In this document: positions 13,389 through 26,060 of the stretch, piece by piece | How the letters are laid out: every line of letters starts with the position of its first letter | Position numbering within the stretch: position 1 is the stretch's first letter | Assembly (NCBI GenBank): GCA_964016885.1 | Contig: OZ024751.1 | Coordinates: 24,738,001-24,802,000, forward strand | From: Eledone cirrhosa | Lineage: Eukaryota | Length of the DNA stretch: 64,000 nt | Direction of reading: 5' to 3' | Notes under the pieces: model-generated | Told to the model about the DNA's origin: nothing | The model's input: the letters and a program-made list of their open reading frames with translations, nothing else | Databases searched by the model: none | Program-made: the position numbers and the translations under genes

Positions 13389-14735
13389 TCAATGTTGTCG
13401 GACAATATTTCTATCATGATATTGGCCAAAACATCCTTTACATAATGGCACTTTGCAAAAGGAACACATAAACGAGGTTTCAATTGGATAACCTTTAGCA
13501 GTTTTTCTCTTTTGCAAAGAGCACATTCGGCAAACCTTATTCCTCCCATCAATTTTCTCCACTTTATGAAAATCAATATTTTCTTTGTTCACCTCAGATA
13601 ATTTTGACTTTCTCCCAGCTTTGTGTTTGTGAGAAGTATATCCTCCACATAGCTGAGATGCGACGTCCACACAAAATTTCATGTGGCAGTAGTCCTTTGG
13701 TGGTGGCGGATTTTTGTGACTTTTAGTGAATACAATAAAAGAATTCACAATGGCTAAATTCACTAAAAACCACAAGATATATCTCCACCATTTCTTTCCA
13801 GGGCGTCCAACTGGGTAATACGCACAATATTGGTCGGATTTGTCAACCCCGCCCATATATTTATTATAGGAGAGGTTGACTAAAGGTTTACCTTCAGCCC
13901 CAACTCCTGGTTGTTGGTTAGAAGATAGGAACAAAATTTGCTGTTTGTCTTTGTACATGGCTAACATGTTCCCTTTTTGCACTTGGAGAATGTCTCCTCT
14001 CTTTTTAAATTTTATGACTTTTATTTCTTTGGGTAGCCCTTTGCGATTGCCCATTATTGTACCGCAGGTGTACATATTTATAAGGGCAAGATCCTCCGCT
14101 AGAAGCACTAAAGAAAAAAACAGTCAAAATATATGTGTCTGTGTTAAGAGTGGAAGAGTTCAGTCAGAGACCACACAACATCGTACCCCAATCCATTTTT
14201 TCTCTCTCCGTTGTGTTTCTTTCCTGTGTAAACAAAGTTTGCACATGTCCGATTCACAGAGTTCCCACACCTTGATGCCCCATTTGGTGGGTTTAGTTGG
14301 CATATATTGTCTGAAATGTACTCTACCCTTATACCCAATCATAGCTTCATCAATACTAAGATTTTTCCCAGGTATATATACTGTTTTAAATTTTTCAGAT
14401 AGCATTTTAATTAATGGTCGAACTTTATACAGAGGGTCATAATTCAGTTCATTTCTACGGGGGGCATTTGAAGTATCAACTGGTTTGATTTTGAATACCT
14501 TGTTTTTGCCATAATACTTGATATATAAGGGTCACTAAACCATATATCAGTGCTCCAGTAATTCCACAGTCTTGGAAATTGTTTTATACCAAACATAATA
14601 TTTATGGTAAAAAACGCTTGCATCTCCGCAGCATCTGTCGGTCGCCATAACAGATCAGGTTTTCTTTGATTTGAAATCTGTTGTTGGGCATATCAATTAG
14701 TCTCTTTTGCCACAACTTCGAAGAAAGTTTGTGGC
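13389..14735 (-). pseudogene. piggyBac (PGBD4-like) transposase pseudogene, frameshifted and 5'-truncated
   Basis: Motifs in order: W.PTDAAEMQAF..I.IMFGI, YWSTD, SIDEAMIGYKGR..FRQYMPTKPTKWGIK, VYTGK, YNKYMGGVDKSDQ, KKWWR, and a C-terminal Cys-rich domain CRMC..CSFCKVPLCKGCFGQYH. Confidence 0.93.
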
Positions 14736-14750
14736 ATATACATATATATA

Positions 14751-14786
<36 letters not shown>

Positions 14787-14901
14787 TATTTTCCAAATTG
14801 AAAGATGAGTATTTAAACTTTATTTTATTCTGAGTTAAGGCTCTATTGATATTTCCCTGGATTTCACAAAATTCTGTGGATAAATCTGTCTTGATTTAAA
14901 A

Positions 14902-15384
<483 letters not shown>

Positions 15385-15429
15385 TATATATATATATATA
15401 TATGAATATATTGAATATATATATTCAAT

Positions 15430-16200
15430 TTTCTGTAGGCACAAAGCAGCTACTAAATTCGCAAATTTCAAACCAACATGATTCGATCCAGCAATCAATT
15501 CTTCAATAATTCAAGCTGAACCACCCAGAGTCTATTATAATAACTACATACCAACCCACTATTATTAACTGTCAACAGACCAACTAACCACTAAATCAAC
15601 ATCATAAACCTCCTAACCTTTCTTTCACTTTCATTCACTCTCTCCCTCCCTAAAGCTATTTCCCCTCTTCCCTTCTATCCTATCCTGTATCTCTTCACCT
15701 CTAACCTAACTTCTAATTTATTAGTTTATCTTTTATATGTTATTTATCATTATATTCTTTCTTCCTACTCTAAGCATCTGTGATTTAACCAATACATATA
15801 TGTATATATTTAATATTTATTGTCATATTAATAATATAACCCTCATCACATCTTTATATTTACACACCGCTATAACTTCAACAATCATATTATGTTCATA
15901 TATTTTTTTTCACATATATATATTTTTTACTTATTTTTTATCATCTTCATTCTAACTTCCTTATTATTTTTTTTTTATTTTTCTTTCTCCTTCTTTATTA
16001 GTGATGTTGCTATTTGAATTATCCGTAGTATAAATACAAACACCGAGTGCAATTTTGTCAGTTATTCTGATGATTTGATTATATTAGTATATTAGGTTGA
16101 GTGACACAACTTCAAGTGATTAGCAACCTTTAGACATCCTAATCAATGAAACAATTTTTAATACTGTAAATAAAACCCTTTTTGGTCTGTTGACCATGTT
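15430..16200 (+). mobile_element. Probable Penelope-like element 3' terminus (last codons, AT-rich UTR, hammerhead)
   Basis: Begins with CRHKAATKFANFKPT*, resembling the C-terminus CPH..SFHYFKPSS* of the element at 23045, and ends in a hammerhead motif. Confidence 0.6.
16062..16173 (+). ncRNA. Type I hammerhead ribozyme motif with long helix II
   Basis: TTATT-CTGATGA-t-TTGATTA...TAATCAA-t-GAAAC-aatttttaatact-GTA-AATAA; helix III partly degenerate. Confidence 0.7.
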
Positions 16201-16370
16201 ATTCTTCATTCTTTCACTACTATTACTCCAAGATTAACCTGCATAGGAATTTGCGTGAGCTCGCCACCTAACTAAGGAAATATCTTGTTGAGTCAAACAA
16301 CACTGTACGTTATAACTATCCATAGTACAGAGTACTCACAACCTCTAACTAAAACGATAATTCTTATCCC

Positions 16371-16403
<33 letters not shown>

Positions 16404-16404
<1 letters not shown>

Positions 16405-16737
16405 CATCATCATCATCATTTTACGTCCGCTTTTCCCTGCTTGCAAGGGTGGGACGGGTCTTATTCAGCACAGCATCTCTCCACTCGTCACGGTCCCTCG
16501 TCATCTCCACCGTGAGCTTCAATGATCTGAGGTCTGTTCTCACCACCTCCGCCCATGTTTTTTGTGGTCTACCTCTACCACGTCTTCCTTCAACTGGCAT
16601 TTCCTGGCACTTCTTCACCCATCGGTCATCCTCCATGCGCATCACATGTCCATACCACCTCAGTCTCCTCTCCCGTACACTACATTCTATCCCTCTCAGA
16701 CACAGTTTCTCTCTCAATACATTTATGCTGGGTCGTT
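16404..16737 (-). mobile_element. RTE LINE 3' end
   Basis: RRLRWYGHVMRM..GRRGRGRPQKTW..DRDEWR motif, typical of the RTE ORF C-terminus, with a (TGA)n tail. Confidence 0.92.
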
Positions 16738-16794
16738 AATATAATGTATATGTTAGCAGTTATATATATATATATATATAATGTATGTTAGCAG

Positions 16795-16833
<39 letters not shown>

Positions 16834-16999
16834 AATGTACTTATGTAGTCATATATGTACATTATACATACTCACACATATTGTATCTATACACATACAT
16901 GTATTTGTGTATGAATGCATTTATAGTCATATAAAAATGCACTTAGACAGTCATATATGTACAATATCCATACTCACACATATCTATAACGTGTGTATG

Positions 17000-17030
<31 letters not shown>

Positions 17031-17592
17031 TTATGTATACTTATATTATGTATACTCCAGTCCAACAAACTGTAGAGTGCTTCTTATCCGATATCTGCAT
17101 TGCTTTATTGTACTGCAATAAAACTCACCTCCTACATATATATATATATATCATAAAGTCTGTCCATAGAATCACTTGATAATATATATACACCATTTTC
17201 TCTCCCAATTAGCATAATTAACCACATAAGAAATCAATTAGACCAGGCTATAAGATTAAAAGGTTCCTATGAAGAAATATTTGATAAATAAACGACAACA
17301 GCCTCTTCGCGGCCGACCGCAATAGAATATTTACCCAACATTTCAACAGCACATGGAAATCGACTAAATATACCGTCAACCATACTTAATTAGGTATACA
17401 GATGTTCGATCAACTACTGGATATACCTTTTGTTCAAAAGTGTACTATAGAATATGGTAGTGTTTATTTCAATTGCAACTTGCCACTAAACTTCTTTCTC
17501 TAAATAAATTTTGTTTTTTCTAAGAATCCCCATCCTTTAATCCCACCATGACCTCTACCCTTCCCTTACCATGACAATGTATAAATACCAGT

Positions 17593-17645
17593 TGGCTTTC
17601 TGATGATTTCCTCCAAATGAAACAGTTCTAGTCCTGTAGAAGCCA
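17593..17645 (+). ncRNA. Minimal type I hammerhead ribozyme
   Basis: TGGCTTT-CTGATGA-tttcctccaaat-GAAAC-AGttctagtcCT-GTA-GAAGCCA: intact core, GUA site, 7-bp helix I. Confidence 0.8.
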
Positions 17646-17725
17646 TTTCTATATTAAATTACTTTTACTCTGCTATGTATTGAGTACCTTACTTACTGTG
17701 GTTATCTCCGATTTAACCCGGGATC

Positions 17726-17785
<60 letters not shown>

Positions 17786-17789
17786 AAGT

Positions 17790-18080
17790 TATATTGGTAC
17801 CACAACATCCAGTCCGAAACAAATGAGGTCGTGTAGGTGTCACGACAAAAAAACACACAGTCCACGCTGTAATGTGGCCGTGTAGGTAACACGGTAAAAA
17901 CCTTCCAGTCCACACTGTAAACGTGGTTGGTGTTAGGAAGGGCATCCAGCCATAGAAAACCCGCCAGACAGTCCTATACAAGCAAGACAACCAATCTTGC
18001 CTCAAGTGGGAAAATTCCCGTCCAAACCCATGCTAGCGTGGAAGATGGACATTAAACGATGATGATGATGATGATGATGA
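17790..18080 (+). mobile_element. SINE family 2b body and tail. Also 25504-25575, 33025-33197, 41895-42430 (internal 111-bp triplication), 51705-52005(-), 63945-64000(-)
   Basis: Shared GGTTGGTGTTAGGAAGGGCATCCAGC and tail CCAAACCCATGC.AGCGTGGAA...GGACGTTAAACG(ATG)n. Confidence 0.85.
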
Positions 18081-18683
18081 TACACATATATGCTGTATGT
18101 GTGTATGAATGCATTTCTATATTCATATATAACTGCAATACATATTTGCTGAAATCAGCACTGATATTATACTGGTATGCATTTGTTTTATTCCATGTAT
18201 TTTTTCTTATATTTCTACATAAGTACCTCCAACCCTGCCGTTCCCAACTTTCCATCTTTGGTATGTTCTGCTTTCTAAATGTTTCCTTCTTTTTCTTTTT
18301 TATTTTGTTTTATAAAAAGTGGAACTTCTCAATTAGTTTCTTTCTGCTTCGTTGACCACAGTATATCTAACATGGCTACATCTTATATGTATAGTTTACA
18401 ATGTTTATTGCTAAAAGCCACCCATTTTATGGCACACACAGCTAATATTTCAATATATCTCAGTGAAAACTGATTTTTCCTTTTCATCAAGATGTTTGTT
18501 GTGTTGTGATGTTTAGTAATTTACTTTCTACTAAGAATTCATCGGACCATGACAATCGGGTTACAGGCTGCTACTTACCACCTGTCGAATACCTCCTGTG
18601 TAATCAATCATCAAGTCATCCATCATTATCATATCTGATTTTCTATACTGGCATGGGTTGGACAGGTCATTAAGACAGACCAA

Positions 18684-18991
18684 GTCAGTAACTGTTATAA
18701 AGCTCTGTCTCTAGCTAGAATCATACAAGCTATTTCAGTAACTGTTATAAATATCCCTCTCTAGCCAGAATCATAGGAATTATTTCAGTAACTGCTATAA
18801 AGATCCCTCTCTAGCCACAATCATGGGAACTATTTCAGTAACTGTTATAAAGATTCCTCTCTAGCCAGAATCATGGGAACTATTTCACTAACTGCTATAA
18901 AGATCCCTCTAGTCAGAATCACCGGAATTATTTCAGTAACTGTTATAAAGATCCTTCTCTAGCCAGAATCATGGGAACTGTTTCAGTAACT
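18684..18991. repeat. ~50-bp minisatellite, about 6 copies
   Basis: Unit TCAGTAACTGTTATAAAGATCCCTCTCTAGCCAGAATCATGGGAACTATT. Confidence 0.9.
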
Positions 18992-20614
18992 TGAAAGTGG
19001 GGAATAGTGTAAATTATATTACACTTCTTTCCACAGTGAAGCTTCTCTTTCAAAACCTGTAGTCATATCTATATTACCTCTTTAGCATTCACATTACTCT
19101 ATATTCACTATTGTATTTTCATGGTAAAGGCTTTACCTCACGTAATTGTCTCACACGGTATCGAATCTGTGAGATTTTGATATTTGTTTTGAGAATAATA
19201 CCTTAACATCAGTATGAACGGCCAGTTGCAACTGATTTGAACAGAGAGGGGACAGAAAATTCTGGGTGAATGTGGCCGGTTTGAGTGCTAAAGGGTTAAA
19301 TTTATTTCAAATCTTCTAGTATATGCTGTACTATGTATGTATTATTTAGAGTGTTGGAGAAAGGCATAGCATTGGCGAGGTCATATTTGCTTTTCATCTT
19401 TACAGGGTCAATAAAATAAAATACCAGTAATATGCTGGGGGTTGATTTAATCGGCTTCTTTCCTTTTCCTTTCAAATTGCTGGCCTTGTACCAAATGTAG
19501 AAACAGTTGTTGTTGCTGTTGTTATTGTTGTTATATTATGCAGACCAAAGTTGAGTATTTGTAATCTGGAATCCTGCCAGATGTTTGCTGCACTCTCCCA
19601 GCTGGACAATGTGGATTGATTGAAAGTGAAGCCATGCATTTTATAGAAGATCTGTTGAGGTTATGAGTGATGATGGCCTGGGAACATTTCTCAGCATGCA
19701 CAAAGATAATCTGGGTGTTATTTAATCTGGAATTTTATTTAATCCTCTGAGATGCCACCTCATAAGAGGCTGGCTAAACCCCCGCAGATGTGAGCCGTAA
19801 AAAACAGGAATAACAACAACGTGTAAGGACTTGAAGTTAGTCACTCGATTTTGTAATGGTCAGTGTTAGTAACTTGAAATAAAAACAAATGTTATGAAGC
19901 CACATGGCCTAGTGGTCAGGGTGTTGGACTTATGATCATATAGTTGTGGGTTTGATCTCTGGATTGGATGGTGTGTTGTGCTCCATTTCATGTTGTTTTT
20001 CATGATAAGCCTATGTTTAACCCTTTAGCATTTAAACCGGCCATGTCTGATCAGGATTTTCTCACCTCTTTCTGTTCAAACCGGCAGTACCTGGCCACCC
20101 TTACTGATGTTCTCAAGATAAATGGTGTCAAAGTCTCATAGATTCGGTGTTGCGTGAGATAGTTATGTGGGGTAAGGTATTTACCATGAAGGTGCAATGG
20201 TATATATATAGAGTAATGTAAATGCTAAAGGGTTAAAAAAACATGAGAAACCTATGAGCCGTAACCTTGTAGGCTAGCTGAACTGGTATAGGTGTGAACT
20301 GTAAATTTCATAAGAGATGTTACACTGCTTGTATACCATGAACAGGCCAGAGCAGACTTATGTCTGATTGGTCAGTTGCTATGGGATTACAATTTTGAAG
20401 GGGCCTGCTTCCTTAAAGTAAAAATGTTTATATTCTCTTACATTATTTCTAAGTATATACATGTAGATTCATGTAGCCCATCGATTTAACACTAAATACT
20501 AAAATACTTAACAAGAAGTGCGTGATGTGGACTACATTTCACATTTAGCCTTGGCTTATCATCTTGGGTGCCCTACTTTGCACATCTGGCCTGGGCCTCT
20601 GCCAGTTTTGTCGG

Positions 20615-20835
20615 GAATTTATATTTCACATTTGACCTGACCTATTACCAGCTTTTCATGGATCTATATTTCACATTTGACCACGTCCTATTACCTGCTT
20701 TTCATAGGTCCATATTTCACATTTAACCTTGGTTTATTGCTAACTTTGGATAGGTTTACATTTCACATTTGAGCTGTTCCTATTACCAGCTTTGCATAGT
20801 TAATGTTTGAGCTGCTCCTATTACAAGCTTTGTAG
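20615..20835. repeat. Degenerate ~46-bp tandem repeat
   Basis: Recurring ATTTCACATTTGA..CCTATTACCAGCTTT. Confidence 0.7.
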
Positions 20836-21640
20836 ATGCCCAGGCTGTAAAGTTCTCATTATAATTAATTGTTGTCTTTTTATATTGGGTTGATTTAGGT
20901 CAGGTGTAATCTAATGATTCAACACAATCCCTACAGTAAATCATAAAAAGAAATGAAAAGGAAAGAAAACAAGATAATTGAAATGTTTGTCTATATTTTC
21001 ACATTTTCATAGGACACCATGACATTCTCCTTGTAAAAAATATGGAATCCATTTTAAATTTGTGGTTTGATTTGGATGTGAAGGGATGATCCAAGATTGC
21101 GGTTATTTTGTCAGATAATTGGATGTAATAATTTATATATATAAACTTTTCATTCTTTTCTCAATGTTTCTTGTTCCATTTATTTATGGAATATTTCAGT
21201 ATAACAATATGACCCTCCCCAAGTATATATATATATAGATATATATATAACCTCATTAGTTCTTTCGTTGCTTTGGTATTGTATGGTTGGGTTTTGCCTA
21301 CCGCAATATTCAATTTGTCTAGCTATTTAAACGTATGTTATTACTCTATTGAGTGCTTTGCTACTCATTCCTTATTGTAGGTCGACTTTGCTTGGCCACA
21401 GCCAAAGCTTTCGATTTTACTAAGCTTCCAAAGTGGAAGCTTAGTAAAATCGTTAGTTTCAGAAGATCTCGTTAAGGGTGAAAGCAGCGATTCTTTGCTT
21501 AAACTTTAATCTGTTATTTCAATAAATATTTGCTCTACGGTTCTTATATATTTGATATATATTTATCCTTATCGAGCCCTCTTTGGATTTTAGTCTTCAA
21601 ATTTATTATTATTACTATAAATATATATATATGGAAAGCC

Positions 21641-21691
21641 AGATTCCTGATGATTTCTAAAGAATGAAACAGTTCTAGTCCTGTAGAATCT
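21641..21691 (+). ncRNA. Minimal type I hammerhead ribozyme
   Basis: AGATTC-CTGATGA-tTTCtaaaGAAt-GAAAC-AGttctagtcCT-GTA-GAATCT: perfect 6-bp helix I and intact core. Confidence 0.85.
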
Positions 21692-21703
21692 CATCTATAT
21701 TAA

Positions 21704-21734
<31 letters not shown>

Positions 21735-21764
21735 GATAGAGAGAGAGAGAGAGAGAGAGAAAAC

Positions 21765-24365
21765 ATAAAACAATCAAATTTTTGTTTAATGTTTAATGCA
21801 TTTAATTGCTGACGATCGTTTCTTCCAGACAATTGTCTGGAATCATCAAGATACATTAATATTAAGTGTCAGTGACATTATATTGAAAAGCAGGACGAAC
21901 AAAATAATATTACAGTGAAAAGATAGCAAAATATTGAAAGGTGTTATAAAGAGAGTATTATTAAAAGTCAATATATCAAGCATATTACACAAATAATGTT
22001 AATAATAGCATGCATTGAGGTAAAATAGATCCATAATGATAGCATACATATATATGTTATGTAAACATTATATGTCGAATTAGTTACATTCAAAGATGTT
22101 TATGCTGGAGGTAATATAAAAATGTTTATGCTGGAGGTAATGTAAAGAGTTAACGTAGGAAATGTTAATATTTATAGTTGTGTCTTGTGTAAGCAATAAG
22201 TATAGATTTGTAAAGTTCAAATAAATATATAAAACAAACATTAATCCAACAGTTTCTGGTGCCATGTCAAAATCTGTGTTTGAATACTGTATTTGACATT
22301 CCTCAATGTATTACTTGGATTAAGATTACAGTTGAAGTCAAAACAACCGCTTGTACAAAACCTTATGGAAGCGATGGTGTTGAGATGTTGATAATGGTTG
22401 TATTTTGAAAAAGTAAATAAATTACTACAAAGGGAGTTAATAAAATAAGGGAGGTAATTAAGAAAATAACATTTTATATGGATTTATATACTTATGTTAT
22501 TTAAATATTTATATGATTAATTAATTTATTTATTTATTTATTAATTTTTTATATTTTTTTATTTAATCCTTTTCCAAATTATATAAAAAAAATGATAAAT
22601 TATTTATTTAGAGAGGAATTTATTCAGTAGTGGATAATTTATGGTGGAATAAAATATGTTATGGGCACTATTACCAGTTACCTAATTTATGTTATATTTA
22701 TTTAGAAAAGAAGTAATAAAAAGGAAGATACTTTAAAAGGAAAAAAAATAGTAGGGTACATAAAGTGTTTATTTAATCTTATGGTTATTAGGGTAATAAA
22801 ATAAAGTATAGGATCTGTGGTAGACGAAATATGTTAGGAGTGTATTAATATATTTATGTTATGGTAATAGTATGATAATTAAGTGAGAGAAAAGATATGA
22901 TAAAATATGCCTAAGTTAATTGTGTCGTTATGTTTATTAAACTCTGAGTGGTTGGTTATATAAATGAATACAAAAATCATAGGAATTAAGATTAAAGGTA
23001 AAGTGTTAATGGAAATGTGGGATTAGATCTGACATTGTTATAAATTAGCTGCTGGGTTTGAAATAGTGAAAAGAGTGTTGGTGATAGTGTGGACATGTAG
23101 AGGAAATTTCTGACTTTCTATTTAATAGGTTTAATTTCGAATAAACAATAGTGCGAGACTCTAGGAGACAGAGGTTACAGATTTTTTGGGGTGTTTTAGC
23201 TATCATGTTCCATTCTAGGGTGTACGGTTTATTTCTAGTTTTCAATGAATGTATAGATGTAGATAATGAAGTAGCGTTACCTAGTTTAGGATTTCTAAAA
23301 GTGTGAAGATATGAGTTATACATCATCTTAAAGCTATTTGAGGTGGAACCAATATAAGTTTTCGAAATTGCAGGTGTTGTGACAGTATAGGAGTTAATGA
23401 TATCTTTAATTAGGCAATTTTCCTCGGTGCAAATTTTATTTGGTCTACAGTTACAGTTAGTCTGGTTATTAGTATATTGGTTAAGTGGGTATGTGATTGT
23501 ATGGTTATTACAGTTGATAATGTGAGTGTTGAGATTATGGTAATTATTATTATTACTATTGCTATTAATGTCATTATTATTACTACTGTTACTATGGTTG
23601 TTTCTAACACTCTCATGTACGGAGTTATTATAATGGTTATTTCTATGTTGAAAGTTATTAACTTGGTGTAACTGGAAATATTAATCTTCCTTTTGTGTTA
23701 CTGCTAGCTATGTGGTTCGCAATGTTAGGTGTGGTAGAGGAAGAGATTTTAATAGTATTTTTATTAATCAGATTATCGTATTTATGGTTAATAGGGAAGT
23801 TCTTTTCTATAATGGAGAAGAAAGCATTGGGTATGTTAACAGAGACATTTAAGTTGAAAGGTGGATTAAAAAATGTATTAAGTCTTCTTCTATGATTATT
23901 TTTATTTTTATCTGTTTTTGTCATTAAGGTTGATAACTATATTATTTTGTGTAGTAATAGGTATAGTGTAATTTTTATTTGTTATTAACATAATTTTTCT
24001 TTATCCTAGGATGTTTATTATGGTATAAGTTATTATTAACTATGTTATTACCCTCAGTAATAGAGTTCAAATCCTCAATAATATAACTATTTTTAGTTTT
24101 ATTCATGGCCATATTATGTGAAATATTATTATGTTGTTTATTGCAATAATTAGATAATTTTTTAGGTACAAACTTAATTTTATCTTTATGGCCGGAGCGA
24201 TATAAAGCTTCATTGTAATAGTGGGAATTAACAGTTAAATATAGTTTCATTATAAGATAGACTAGTTATTCTATTAGATACCCCTTTTAAAATTGAGTTT
24301 AATACAGATTTGGGGTGGTTAGAGTTGGTATCAACATAAAATAGCTTTTCATTAGGAAATAGTTT
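21765..24365 (-). mobile_element. Penelope-like retroelement remnant (end of RT, linker, GIY-YIG endonuclease, 3' UTR)
   Basis: Minus-strand motifs NSNHPKS, FNPPFNLNV..NI..FF.IIEKNFP..NKNTIKIS, YIGSTSNSFK, TSLS, W.MI..CNLCLLE..LNRKSEISSTCPH; frameshifts and low-complexity inserts. Confidence 0.85.
21805..21855 (-). ncRNA. Degenerate minimal hammerhead at the Penelope 3' end
   Basis: Minus strand: TTGATGA-TTCCAGACaattGTCTGGAA-GAAAC-gatc-GTC. C3 is changed and helix I pairs poorly. Confidence 0.65.
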
Positions 24366-24482
24366 TTCATTATATTTTCTATTTCTGTTCTGTAATACAT
24401 CTGATATTTTACATTGAGCTAATTTCTTTACTGGTAATTGGGTAATACAAAATATTATCCTTATTTATAATTCTATATAGAT

Positions 24483-24515
<33 letters not shown>

Positions 24516-24700
24516 GGGGGGGGGCGAGCGATCTCTCACGCTCTCTCTCTCTCTCTATACTCACACAGGTTGTCCTCCAAAATGTACATACATTTCGGCA
24601 GCATTCTAATAAATATGTGTATACATTTGGGGGAAACCCTGTATATATATATATCTCTCAGAAAAAAAGAGAATCAGTGTTGCGACGAATGGAATTTATT

Positions 24701-24798
24701 AGACATATTACAATCGTTTCTCTGGCGACCAGCTCGAGGCACGATCGATGTGATGATCAAACCTGACTCTGAAAATCGCAAGGTCCTCAGATACGTCT
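24701..24798 (-). ncRNA. Type I hammerhead ribozyme motif with large helix II insert
   Basis: Minus strand: AGACGTAT-CTGAGGA-ccttgcga...tcgccaga-GAAAC-gatt-GTA-ATATGTCT (8-bp helix I). Partial homolog at 59635-59690. Confidence 0.75.
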
Positions 24799-24832
24799 TG
24801 ATTCTACGAACCAGATTTTCCTATAGGAATAG

Positions 24833-24931
24833 GTATATATGTATGTATATATATAGGTGTATGTATGTATGTATATATATAGGTATATATATATATATGT
24901 ATGTATGTATATATAGATATATATATGTATG

Positions 24932-24963
<32 letters not shown>

Positions 24964-25215
24964 TGTATGTATGTATATATATATGTATGTATGTATATAT
25001 AGATATATATATGTATGTATATATATATGTATGTATGTATATATAGATATATATATACATACATATATATATGTATGTATGTATGTATGTATAGATATAT
25101 GTATGTATGTATATATAGATATATGTATGTATGTATATATAGATATATGTATGTATATATAGATATATGTATGTATGTATATATAGATATATATATGTAT
25201 GTATATATATATGTG

Positions 25216-25255
<40 letters not shown>

Positions 25256-26060
25256 TGTGTATATATATGTGTATATATATATGTATGTATATATGTATGT
25301 ATGTATATATGTATGTATGTATATGTATGTATATATGTATGTATATATATATAGGTATATATATGTATGTATATATATATAGGTATATATATGTATGTAT
25401 ATATATATAGATATATGTATGTATATATATATATAGGTATATATATGTATGTATATATATATATAGGTATATATATGTATGTAAATATATATGTATATAT
25501 ATAGTGGGAAAACCCCCGTCCAAACCCATGCAAGCGTGGAACACGGACGCTAAACCTGATGATGATGATGATGATATATATATATATATATATATTTACA
25601 TACATATATATATTTGTGTGTACATGTATATATATATATACATATACATTTACATACATATATATATTTGTGTGTACATGTATATATATATATACATATA
25701 CATTTACATACATATATATATTTGTGTGTACATGTATATATATATATATATATACATATACATTTACATACATATATACATTTACATACATATATATATT
25801 TGTGTGTACATGTATATATATATATACATATACATTTACATATATATATATTTGTGTGTACATGTATATATATATATACATATACATTTACATACATATA
25901 TATATTTGTGTGTACATGTATATATATATATACATATACATTTACATACATATATATATTTGTGTGTACATGTATATATATATATACATATACATTTACA
26001 TACATATATACATGTGTGTGTACATGTATATATATATATATACATGCACACACAAATATA
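24833..26060. repeat. (TA/TATG)n compound microsatellite with a ~54-bp higher-order unit after 25590
   Basis: Directly visible. Confidence 0.92.

Noticed and set aside
19544-19800. Possible exon after ATGCAG
   Set aside because: Stops in all three forward frames and no recognisable homology. A non-coding exon is possible but unsupported.
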